From an uncultured Ruminococcus sp. (GTDB lineage: Bacteria; Bacillota; Clostridia; Oscillospirales; CAG-272), in NCBI GenBank assembly GCA_964629225.1, contig CAZVQC010000007.1:1675-65674 (forward strand): a DNA stretch of 64,000 nt, in the 5' to 3' direction. The notes under the pieces were generated by a model, which searched no databases, had not been told where the DNA came from, and was given only the letters and a program-made list of their open reading frames with translations. The translations under genes and the position numbers were made by a program. Numbering within the stretch: the stretch's first letter is position 1; every line of letters begins with the position of its first letter. Positions 55,360-63,404 of this stretch are shown here, piece by piece.

Positions 55360-56112
55360 TTATGCAAGCTCCGCCCGGGATGCAAGGCATTCACCCAGCC
55401 TTGCGTAGCCAAGGTCGTTGAGATGCGCCTGATCCGCATATTGAGGATATGGGGCATCGTATTTTTTGTTCGGGTCGTAGTCGGGTCTTATCGCTGTGGG
55501 GGAATTTGCGAAATAGTCCCAGGTAAAGCGGTTGATGCCGCTGGTCTTCCAGGTGTTGCAGAATGGGAGGTTAAAATATGCCGCAATATCCTCGATGATC
55601 TCCGACATGGTCTCAAGGCTCCTGCCGCTTCCCCTTGGGAAATCTTCGTATCCGTCCCGGTCCACCCAATCGTATCTACCGACGCAGTGAGGAGCCGCAA
55701 GCATGATGTGGCAGGTGATATTTCCCGTTTTCTTCATCATGCCGAAAAGATGCTCAAGGACGAAATCGAATTTTCCGTAGAGGGTGTCATCCTTCGGGAA
55801 CATATCTCCTCTTTTACCGTATTCCGCATGGCGCTCGTTGTAGGGCGCTAAGATGATGATGAGATCCGCCCATTTTACCTCGTCCTCGGACAGAGGGTGG
55901 AACGCGCCGGAGCATCCGGTCTTCGGATCGTATTTGACGTCCGGAGTCTCACTTGCCCCAAGTCCCATGAACATATCCACAAGTCCGATGCCGCCGTAGG
56001 CGTGGGTCTTGACCTCGGCTCCGGTGATCTCACTGAATTTTTTTTGCCAACGTCCGTCGGACGTGATGCTGTCTCCTATGCAGAGAACGTGTTTCTCTTT
56101 CCACTTGCTCAT
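55360..56112 (-). CDS. SGNH/GDSL hydrolase family protein
   Basis: VLCIGDSITSDG (block I Ser) and a C-terminal DQAHLN (D-x-x-H). ORF-track start 56313 trimmed to ATG 56110-56112. Confidence 0.7.
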   Translation of the reverse strand: MSKWKEKHVLCIGDSITSDGRWQKKFSEITGAEVKTHAYGGIGLVDMFMGLGASETPDVKYDPKTGCSGAFHPLSEDEVKWADLIIILAPYNERHAEYGKRGDMFPKDDTLYGKFDFVLEHLFGMMKKTGNITCHIMLAAPHCVGRYDWVDRDGYEDFPRGSGRSLETMSEIIEDIAAYFNLPFCNTWKTSGINRFTWDYFANSPTAIRPDYDPNKKYDAPYPQYADQAHLNDLGYARLGECLASRAELA

Positions 56113-56256
56113 GAAATGCCGCCTTTCGATCTTCGCATATAATGTACTGTATGAAACAATGATAGCACAGTCGGGGGAAGATTTCAAGCAAAAAAGATCC
56201 GCGCTTTTCGAAAAAAAGGCTGTCAAAAAGATTTTTGAAAGATTTTTCGATACCAC

Positions 56257-56285
56257 TTGTATTTTTCTTTCGCATGTGCTATAAT
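56257..56285 (+). promoter_or_regulatory. Predicted sigma-A promoter of the aminotransferase gene
   Basis: TTGTAT (56257-56262), 17-nt spacer, TATAAT (56280-56285), with TGTGC as extended -10. Confidence 0.55.
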
Positions 56286-56360
56286 AATTCCCGAAATGAG
56301 GGATTTTTTGCAAATTCCGACTCGGAATTATTCAAAAATGCAAGTCCGGAGGTTTTGAGC

Positions 56361-57650
56361 ATGACTGAATTTAGAAACATGACGAAGGCGCAGCTTGAGG
56401 CTGTCTACAGCGAGACGAAAGCGGAACTTAAAAGATGGGAGGAAAGGGGAGTCCATCTCGACATAACGAGAGGAAAGCCCGGACAGTCCCAGCTTGATCT
56501 TTCCAGCGAAATGCTGACGGTCGTTTCCGACAGGGACGATTGCTTTGCCGAAAACGGGCTTGACTGCAGAAACTACGGTATCCTTGACGGGCTTCCGGAG
56601 ACCAAGAGACTTTTTTCCGATCTTCTCGGCATCCCCGCAGAGAGGATCATGGTGCTTGGCAACTCTTCGCTCAACGTGATGTTCGACACCATAGTAAGAG
56701 CGATGCTCTTCGGTGTTGCAGGAGGATTTGAGCCTTGGTGCAGACAGGGAAGGATCAAATTCATCTGTCCCAGCCCCGGTTACGACAGGCATTTTGCCAT
56801 CTGTCAGAAGCTGGGCATCGAGATGATCCCCGTGGCGATGACTCCCGACGGCCCCGACATGAACGCCGTCTACGATATCGCCTGCTCCGACCCGTCGGTA
56901 AAAGGCATCTGGTGCGTTCCCAAGTTCTCGAATCCCGACGGTATCACCTATTCCGACGAGACGGTAGAGCAGTTTGCGGCTCTTCGTCCGGCGGCTAACG
57001 ACTTCAGGATATTCTGGGACAATGCCTACTCCGTCCATGAGCTGACGGACGAGAAGGTGGAGCTTCTCGACATCTTCAAGGCGGCGGAAAAATACGGCAC
57101 GGAGGACAACATATTCTATTTTGCCTCCACGTCCAAGATAACCTTCCCCGGATCGGGTGTTGCCATCATGGCGGCCAGCGAGAAGAACATTGAGCACATC
57201 AAGCCGATACTTGCCACGCAGACTATCGGATACGATAAGATTAACCAGATGCGGCACGTAAAATACTTCAAAAATGCCGAGGGCATCAGAGAACACATGA
57301 AGAAGCACGCCGCTATCATCAAGCCCAAGTTCGATATCGTGACCTCCACCTTCAGGCGGGAGCTTGGCGGTCTCGGCATTGCTACGTGGAACGAGCCCAA
57401 GGGCGGGTACTTTATCAGCCTCAACGTGGAGGACGGCCTTGCAAGACGTGTCTACCGCCTTGCAATGAAAGCGGGAGTCGCTTTGACCCCTGCGGGAGCA
57501 ACGTATCCCTACGGAAGGGATCCGAGAGACAGAAATATCCGCATTGCTCCCACTTATCCGGATGACAAGGAGCTTAAGGATGCCCTTGAGATACTCTGCC
57601 TCTGCATCAAGAGAGCCTCCGCGGAAAAGCACTTAAAGGAGCTCTCGTAA
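56361..57650 (+). CDS. Class I/II fold PLP-dependent aminotransferase
   Basis: 429 aa. PLP-lysine context ASTSKITFPGSG. Start trimmed to ATG 56361, with GGAGG 8 nt upstream. Confidence 0.75.
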   Translation: MTEFRNMTKAQLEAVYSETKAELKRWEERGVHLDITRGKPGQSQLDLSSEMLTVVSDRDDCFAENGLDCRNYGILDGLPETKRLFSDLLGIPAERIMVLGNSSLNVMFDTIVRAMLFGVAGGFEPWCRQGRIKFICPSPGYDRHFAICQKLGIEMIPVAMTPDGPDMNAVYDIACSDPSVKGIWCVPKFSNPDGITYSDETVEQFAALRPAANDFRIFWDNAYSVHELTDEKVELLDIFKAAEKYGTEDNIFYFASTSKITFPGSGVAIMAASEKNIEHIKPILATQTIGYDKINQMRHVKYFKNAEGIREHMKKHAAIIKPKFDIVTSTFRRELGGLGIATWNEPKGGYFISLNVEDGLARRVYRLAMKAGVALTPAGATYPYGRDPRDRNIRIAPTYPDDKELKDALEILCLCIKRASAEKHLKELS

Positions 57651-57694
57651 CAGTTCACGGAATGAAAGTGCGCAAACGGAAGGGTGAAAAAATT

Positions 57695-57728
57695 AAAAGG
57701 TCGGGCAAAGCATTTTGCCCGACCTTTT
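57695..57728. terminator. Bidirectional intrinsic terminator
   Basis: AAAAGGTCGGGCAAA-GCAT-TTTGCCCGACCTTTT, a perfect 15-bp stem with symmetric A and T runs. Confidence 0.85.
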
Positions 57729-57729
57729 A

Positions 57730-57934
57730 ATATCCGCTGTGCCGTGTGATACGAGAAGTAAAAACCCTGCTTTCGCAAGGCGGGATCCTCACCGTTGCTT
57801 TGTGCTACCAACATCCGAGGAGGCGCGTCACGCAGAGGCGCCGTCGGGAGGTCTGCATACCCGCTTTCGGAATTCGGAGCCCTTTTATCAATTGTGGGTC
57901 TTAGGTCTCGCATTATCACGAACACAGCAGATAT
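57730..57934 (-). ncRNA. Candidate about 205-nt structured sRNA with 6S-RNA-like architecture
   Basis: The 5' arm AUAUCUGCUGUGUUCGUGAUAAUGCGAGA (57934-57906) pairs with the 3' arm UCUCGUAUCACACGGCACAGCGGAUAU (57756-57730). This gives 14+6+5 bp, including 3 G-U pairs that exist only on the minus strand. The centre is GC-rich with internal hairpins. A terminator follows immediately, and a TATTAT element lies about 7 nt upstream. Confidence 0.45.
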
Positions 57935-57986
57935 CACTGTTATAATATGCTGTTTTTTTGAGGGGATACCTCATTTTCGAAAATAA

Positions 57987-58292
57987 TTATTTTCCTTCGT
58001 CGTAATCCACGTCGTTGAAGCTGTCGTCGAAGATGTCTGCGATGCGGTCGAATTCCTCATCGTCCTCGATAGTGGAAAGGAAGACGTCGCCGTTTTCGTC
58101 GACTTCACGGCGGAGAATGACATATTCTCCGTTCTGCTTTGATTCATCGGCGGGAATGAGGGCGTTGTAAGTGACGCCGTTCTCCATGTACTTGCCGATG
58201 AGCTCGTAATCTTCGTCTACTCCGTCCTCGTCTGTGAGTGTGTAGATCTCGGTGTCAAAATACTCTTCGTCATTGAATCTTTCGTCTGCCAT
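57987..58292 (-). CDS. DUF1292 family protein
   Basis: 101 aa, acidic. The pattern YTLTDEDGVDEDYELIGKY...YNALIP...EYVILR is typical of DUF1292 (YrzB-like). Confidence 0.8.
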   Translation of the reverse strand: MADERFNDEEYFDTEIYTLTDEDGVDEDYELIGKYMENGVTYNALIPADESKQNGEYVILRREVDENGDVFLSTIEDDEEFDRIADIFDDSFNDVDYDEGK

Positions 58293-58553
58293 GTTATGTT
58301 TCTCCGTTTCTTTTTTACAGCGGTATCCGAAGGGCGGAAGTTCTCGCCTCTTGACAGTCCCTTGAAAACTATTTTAAAGTCTTTGGAAACCGCCGGTTTG
58401 AATTGATTTTTACCGTTTTTTGGGGCTTTGCGCTTTTTGATGCTTCTTTGGATTGCAAAGCCTTTGCTCCTCTTCAAAACTGTCACTTTTGGGATTCGGA
58501 ACAGCTTCTGCGGAGCGATCGGCTCAGTGTCCCAACGCACCCTCTTCGATACT

Positions 58554-58583
58554 ATTCTATACTATGTTGGGGTGCCTTGTCAA
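58554..58583 (-). promoter_or_regulatory. Predicted sigma-A promoter giving a roughly 255-nt leader for the DUF1292 gene
   Basis: On the minus strand: TTGACA (58583-58578), 16-18-nt spacer, TATAGAAT (58561-58554). Confidence 0.5.
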
Positions 58584-58606
58584 GGGGGTCAGCCGATTAC
58601 GTTCTG

Positions 58607-59782
58607 TTACTTTTTGATCCTTGCAAGGGAGGATATCCCACGTGTCAACTCTTTTATGAAGGCATCCACTTCGCTCTCGGTGTTCAGGTGGGAAAAAGAG
58701 AGCCTCAGGGTTGAGTCCGTGTCGGTCTCGCTGAGACCGAAGGACAGAAGTGCGGGACTTAAGTTTCTCGACCGTGCCGAGCAGGCGGAGCTCTTGGAAA
58801 CGCAGATGCCTGCGGCGGAAAGGAAATTCAGCATAGTCTCGCTTTTGATGCCGGCAATCGTCATGCTGAGAATGGAGGGGATCCTCTTTTCGGGGAGATT
58901 GAGCCTCACTCCGGCGGTCTCATTGAGGCGTTTCTCGGCGTATCTTGATATCTCACCGATCCTTTTTTCACGGTCATCAAATTCTCTCATCCCTTCCTCT
59001 GCCGCCGCGCCGAAAGCGGCGATGGCTGGAACGGATTCCGTTCCTCCGTGGAGACCATCCCCCTGACCGCCTCCGAAGATGACGGGGGAGATATTACGCG
59101 CTTTAATGACGCTTTCAGACAGGAAGAGAGCCGCCGAGCCCTTCAGTGAAAATATCTTGTGAGCGCTGACCGAGATCATGTCCGCGCCGATAAGCGACGG
59201 TGCGATCGGGATCTTCATGTAAGCTTGGACACAGTCGGAATGAATAACTGCCGCAGGGGATGCGGCTTTTATAATGTCGGACGCCCCTTTAACATCGTAG
59301 ACGGCTCCCGTCTCGTTGTTGACGAGCATCACGGAGGCTACTATAACGTCCTTTGTGACGTTTTTCTTCAGCCATTCAAGATCGAGCTTTCCGCCGACTG
59401 TGGGAATCCTCAGAACATTGAAGCCGTTTTTTTCAAGATTCTCCGCAGTTGACTCCACCGAAGCATGCTCACCGGAGGTGATAGCGACAGTTCCGCGCCG
59501 TCCGTTTTTTTCGGGTCTTGCTTTGGCATTTATGACGCCGTTAATTGCCAGATTGTTCGCTTCTGTGCCGCTTGAAAGGAAGATGAGTCGTCCCATTCCC
59601 GGTCGCCTTATCCCCATTGACGAGGCGACACTTCGGGAGCATTTCTCAAGAAGCCGTCTTGCCTCTCCTCCCGCGGCATGAGCGGATGAGGGATTTCCCC
59701 ACACCGTTCTCATGGCGTTTTCCGCAGCAGCTATTGCCGCATCGCAGGGCTTGGTTGTGGCACTGTTGTCAAAATAGATCAT
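58607..59782 (-). CDS. Cysteine desulfurase (NifS/IscS, class V aminotransferase)
   Basis: 391 aa. PLP lysine SAHKIFSLKG and active-site Cys KSSACSARS. Confidence 0.85.
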   Translation of the reverse strand: MIYFDNSATTKPCDAAIAAAENAMRTVWGNPSSAHAAGGEARRLLEKCSRSVASSMGIRRPGMGRLIFLSSGTEANNLAINGVINAKARPEKNGRRGTVAITSGEHASVESTAENLEKNGFNVLRIPTVGGKLDLEWLKKNVTKDVIVASVMLVNNETGAVYDVKGASDIIKAASPAAVIHSDCVQAYMKIPIAPSLIGADMISVSAHKIFSLKGSAALFLSESVIKARNISPVIFGGGQGDGLHGGTESVPAIAAFGAAAEEGMREFDDREKRIGEISRYAEKRLNETAGVRLNLPEKRIPSILSMTIAGIKSETMLNFLSAAGICVSKSSACSARSRNLSPALLSFGLSETDTDSTLRLSFSHLNTESEVDAFIKELTRGISSLARIKK

Positions 59783-59788
59783 GGTATG

Positions 59789-60337
59789 TCAGTTGAATTT
59801 GAAGTTGTCAAGCATCTTTTGGACATCATCAAGGTGAGAGTCAAAGATGTCCGGCACCGACGTGTAGGTGAATATTATTATCTGAGGGGCGCTGAAGGAC
59901 TCTTTTTTTACCGTGACGACTTGCATGAATTTGTAGGTCACCTCTCCCAGCTTCCCGGTATAGACGTATTTTTTTGCCCCGGACGAGTCAAGAGCCGTCT
60001 CCTCTGTGGATATCAGTTCAAACTCGGAATAGGTGCTGTTGAAGTCCTCAAGAAATCCGTCCCACCAACTGTCTGCCGTAAAGTCGGTATTCTTGGCGGA
60101 GAAGGACATAACGCTGACATTTGAGGCGTCGCTTGAAGAGTAGTAGGCAGTGGTGGCACCCGATGCCACGTCGCACTTCCAGCTTGACGGAACGTAGAAC
60201 GAGTAACCTATGTTCTCGGCGGATGCTTTGACCATTCCGTCGGGAGCGGAGGTGTCTTTCTCACCGCAGGACGTCGCAAGCAGAGCGACCGTTGCCACTG
60301 TGATGATCGCAAGAAGAGTCGATATTACTTTTTTCAT
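59789..60337 (-). CDS. Predicted lipoprotein, function unknown
   Basis: 182 aa with a signal peptide and lipobox-like LLATSC. ATGA-type overlap with dusB. Confidence 0.55.
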   Translation of the reverse strand: MKKVISTLLAIITVATVALLATSCGEKDTSAPDGMVKASAENIGYSFYVPSSWKCDVASGATTAYYSSSDASNVSVMSFSAKNTDFTADSWWDGFLEDFNSTYSEFELISTEETALDSSGAKKYVYTGKLGEVTYKFMQVVTVKKESFSAPQIIIFTYTSVPDIFDSHLDDVQKMLDNFKFN

Positions 60338-61344
60338 GATGTTGTCTCCTTAATGGCGGGGTGACGAAGCATCTCCCGCAATATTTTTTCCGCCTCCGAA
60401 TAGGTGGTGGCGTGATTCATTCTGTCTCTTGTAACTGCGCTCTGGCGCATTCCTTTGATAAAATGGGCAGCCCGTCCTCTGGACTCCCGTATTCCACGCT
60501 CTTCTCCCTTCTCAGCGATGATGTCTTTGATAAGTGAAAGTGCCGTGTCTATTCTTTCTTCGTCCGATGGTGGAGTGAACGGTTCTTTGGACATAGCACA
60601 CCGGATCTTTTTGAAGATCCATGGGTCACCCAGTGCCGCCCTGCCGATCATGACTCCGTCACAGCCCGTCGTATCACGCATTTTAAGGGCTGTTTCGGGG
60701 GAGTTCACGTCACCGTTGCCTATTACCGCCACTCCACTCGGAACTGCGTCTTTTACCCGCTTTATCACGCTGATATCGGCACCCGGACCGTACATTTGCT
60801 CCCGTGTGCGGCAGTGGACCGCAATAGCACTCGCTCCCGCATCACAAAGAGCCTTTGCAAACTCCGGTGCATTGATGCTGTCGCTGTTCCACCCGGCACG
60901 GATTTTCACCGTCAGTGGCAGTCCGTATCCTTCAAGGGCACGTGACGTGGCTCTTACTATTTCGGCGGCAAGACGGACATCTTTCATCAAAGCGGAGCCG
61001 TCGCCGCAGGAAACTATCTTTTTTACCGGACACCCCATGTTGATGTCTACGGCCACCGGCGAGCGGTGGAATGAGGCCCCGTTAAAGGAGGCTTCTGCGA
61101 CCATGACGGCGCATTCCGCCATCTCTTTCGGATCATGTCCGAAAAGCTGGATAGATACCGGTCCCTCTCCTTCTGTTATCCTTGCAAGCTCACCGGTCTT
61201 TGCATCCCCGTAGCACATTGCCTTTGCCGAGATCATCTCGCTGACGGAAAAGGTGCAACCGAGGCTTTGGCACAACCGCCTCATGGGGCTGTCCGTGTAG
61301 CCCGCCATGGGGGCGAGCACCGTAAAAAACGGAATTTGTGACAC
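60334..61344 (-). CDS. dusB: tRNA-dihydrouridine synthase (DusB-like)
   Basis: Motifs LAPMAGYTD and VDINMGCP, and a C-terminal helical domain. The start is reassigned to GTG 61344, with AGGAGG 8 nt upstream. The ORF-track ATG at 61395 has no RBS and sits within the predicted promoter (TTGAAA-17-TATCCT). Confidence 0.85.
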   Translation of the reverse strand: MSQIPFFTVLAPMAGYTDSPMRRLCQSLGCTFSVSEMISAKAMCYGDAKTGELARITEGEGPVSIQLFGHDPKEMAECAVMVAEASFNGASFHRSPVAVDINMGCPVKKIVSCGDGSALMKDVRLAAEIVRATSRALEGYGLPLTVKIRAGWNSDSINAPEFAKALCDAGASAIAVHCRTREQMYGPGADISVIKRVKDAVPSGVAVIGNGDVNSPETALKMRDTTGCDGVMIGRAALGDPWIFKKIRCAMSKEPFTPPSDEERIDTALSLIKDIIAEKGEERGIRESRGRAAHFIKGMRQSAVTRDRMNHATTYSEAEKILREMLRHPAIKETTS

Positions 61345-61425
61345 GTTGATCCCCTCCTGACCGACTGCTCTGCCGTCGGTAATAGGATACCACATTCCGA
61401 GCAGCTTTTCAAGTACTAAGAAATA

Positions 61426-61450
61426 AAAAGCGGAGTTGCCTCCGCTTTTT
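61426..61450. terminator. Intrinsic terminator after the ABC exporter genes
   Basis: AAAAAGCGGAG-TTGC-CTCCGCTTTTT. Confidence 0.75.
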
Positions 61451-61457
61451 GGAAATG

Positions 61458-63404
61458 TTATTCAAGTTCAAAAGCACCTGTGTAGAGCTGGTAATACTTG
61501 CCTTTTTGGTCGATGAGTTGTTCGTGACTACCTCGTTCGATGATCCGCCCGTCCTCAAGAACCATGATAACGTTGGAATTACGGACTGTTGAGAGCCTGT
61601 GGGCGATGACGAATACCGTTCTGCCTTTCATGAGGCTGTCCATGCCCTTTTGAACGAGGGCTTCAGTCCTCGTGTCGATAGAAGAGGTGGCCTCGTCAAG
61701 TATCATTACCGGGGGATCCGCCACTGCCGCCCTTGCGATGGAAAGAAGCTGGCGTTGACCTTGAGAAAGGTTGGCGCCGTTTCCGGAAAGGGGAGTGTCG
61801 TATCCCTGGGGAAGTCTCTCGATGAAGTCGTGGGCGTTGGCAAGCTTTGCCGCTGCAATGCATTCCTCGTCCGTTGCATCGAGTCTTCCGTAGCGGATGT
61901 TGTCCATCACCGTTCCGGCAAACAGGTTCGTGTCCTGAAGGACGATGCCCATGGAACGGCGCAGGTCGGCTTTTTTGATCTTGTTGATATTGATGCCGTC
62001 ATAACGGATCTTGCCGTCTGCGATATCGTAGAAGCGGTTGATAAGGTTGGTGATTGTGGTCTTTCCCGCACCGGTCGCACCCACGAATGCCACCTTTTGT
62101 CCCGGCTCTGCGAAAAGTGAGATGTTGTGGAGCACCGTCTTTTCGGGAACGTAGCCGAAGTCCACGTCGAACATTCTGACGTCGCCTCGAAGAGGTGTGT
62201 AGGTGACGGTCCCGTCCTCGTGGGGATGCTTCCATGCCCACGTTCCGGTGCGCTTGTCTGTCTCTGTTATGACGCCGTCCTTTTCAACGGAGTTGACGAG
62301 GGTAACGTATCCGTTGTCCTCTTCCGGTTTTTCATCCATCAGTCCGAAGACTCTCTTAGCGCCCGCCATAGCCATTACTATGGAGTTGAGCTGTTGAGAT
62401 ACTTGGGAGATGTTGGAGGAGAACTGGCGGGTCATATTGAGGAACGGCACTGCCGCCGCAATGGATAGCACGCCGACTCCCGACAGAGAGACGTTGGGCG
62501 CTTTGAGAACTATCAGAAGCCCTCCGAGCAGAGCGATGACGGCATAGAGGACGTTACCGATGTTGCCGAGTATCGGCATCAGGATGTTGGCAAAGCGGTT
62601 AGCGGCTTCCGAGTCTCTGTAGAGCTGCTCATTCAGCTTGTCAAAGTCACGCTTTCCCGCTTCCTCATGGCAGAACACCTTGACGACTTTTTGCCCGTTC
62701 ATCATTTCCTCAACGAAGCCCTCCGTCTTGGCGAGAGCCTGTTGCTGTTTTACGAAGTATTTTGCGCTGTTTCCGCCGATCTTTGCGGTGACTGCGAACA
62801 TGGCGATGATACCGAGAATGACGGCGAGGGTCAGCCAAAAGCTGAAAGAGAGCATTATGATGAACACCACCGTGATAGTCAGCGCCGATGAAAGAAGGTT
62901 CGGCAGGCTCTGGCTGATCAGCTGGCGAAGAGTGTCAACGTCGTTAGTGTAATAGCTCATGATGTCGCCGTGGGAATTGGTGTCGAAATATTTTATCGGA
63001 AGGTCCTGCATTCCCTCGAACATTCTGATCCTAAGCTTGCTTAAGAAGCCTTGAGTTACCGTCGCCATAATGCGGTTGTAGACGAAGATGGATGTGAGGC
63101 TGATAAGATACATTCCCACAAGGCAGAGAACGGTGACAGTTATCTGCTTCCACACCCCGTCGATACCGACCTTGAGTCCCTCTTCGATCAGAGAGATTAT
63201 CCTGTTGTTGAACAGTGCCGGGAGAGCCGACGATATTGCAGTTATGATGATCCCTATGATGACCACTACGGTCTTACCCGGATAGAATTCGAAGAGCAGC
63301 TTGAGCACTCTGCCAAGGGTCTTTTTATCCTCGGCTCCGAGTTTTGTCTTGCCCATGTTGGGAGATTTTCCCATGGGGCCTTTTACCGGCTTGTTACTCA
63401 TCAT
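61458..63404 (-). CDS. ABC exporter, fused permease/ATPase (type I exporter half-transporter)
   Basis: Six-TM domain, then Walker A GATGAGKTT, signature LSQGQRQLL and Walker B MILDEATS. Start trimmed to ATG 63404, with AGGAGG 5 nt upstream. Confidence 0.85.
   Translation of the reverse strand: MMSNKPVKGPMGKSPNMGKTKLGAEDKKTLGRVLKLLFEFYPGKTVVVIIGIIITAISSALPALFNNRIISLIEEGLKVGIDGVWKQITVTVLCLVGMYLISLTSIFVYNRIMATVTQGFLSKLRIRMFEGMQDLPIKYFDTNSHGDIMSYYTNDVDTLRQLISQSLPNLLSSALTITVVFIIMLSFSFWLTLAVILGIIAMFAVTAKIGGNSAKYFVKQQQALAKTEGFVEEMMNGQKVVKVFCHEEAGKRDFDKLNEQLYRDSEAANRFANILMPILGNIGNVLYAVIALLGGLLIVLKAPNVSLSGVGVLSIAAAVPFLNMTRQFSSNISQVSQQLNSIVMAMAGAKRVFGLMDEKPEEDNGYVTLVNSVEKDGVITETDKRTGTWAWKHPHEDGTVTYTPLRGDVRMFDVDFGYVPEKTVLHNISLFAEPGQKVAFVGATGAGKTTITNLINRFYDIADGKIRYDGININKIKKADLRRSMGIVLQDTNLFAGTVMDNIRYGRLDATDEECIAAAKLANAHDFIERLPQGYDTPLSGNGANLSQGQRQLLSIARAAVADPPVMILDEATSSIDTRTEALVQKGMDSLMKGRTVFVIAHRLSTVRNSNVIMVLEDGRIIERGSHEQLIDQKGKYYQLYTGAFELE

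Noticed and set aside
56328-57632. Very long antisense ORFs mirroring real genes. The 434-aa ORF here lies opposite the aminotransferase. Others are at 48078-49259, 39580-40776, 43620-44663, 14650-15399, 60455-61213, 10067-10816, 5007-6002 and 35974-36543.
   Set aside because: Each lies exactly opposite a gene with clear family motifs. They have Arg/Ser/Gly/Pro-rich low-complexity composition and lack RBS-start geometry. Such shadows are expected on the antisense strand of GC-rich coding DNA.
57730-57934. SRP (4.5S/scRNA), tmRNA or RNase P RNA identity for the structured RNA candidate.
   Set aside because: It lacks the SRP domain-IV motif (GGAAGGAAGCAGC-type with a GNRA loop), the tmRNA tRNA-like ends and tag ORF, and the RNase P GAGGAAAGUCC core. 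Only the generic 6S-like architecture fits.
58217-58540. 107-aa highly basic ORF in the DUF1292 leader.
   Set aside because: Its GTG start abuts the purine stretch with no spacing. It runs through the DUF1292 start codon in another frame, and its composition is typical of out-of-frame or non-coding translation. The region is reported instead as an unexplained leader.
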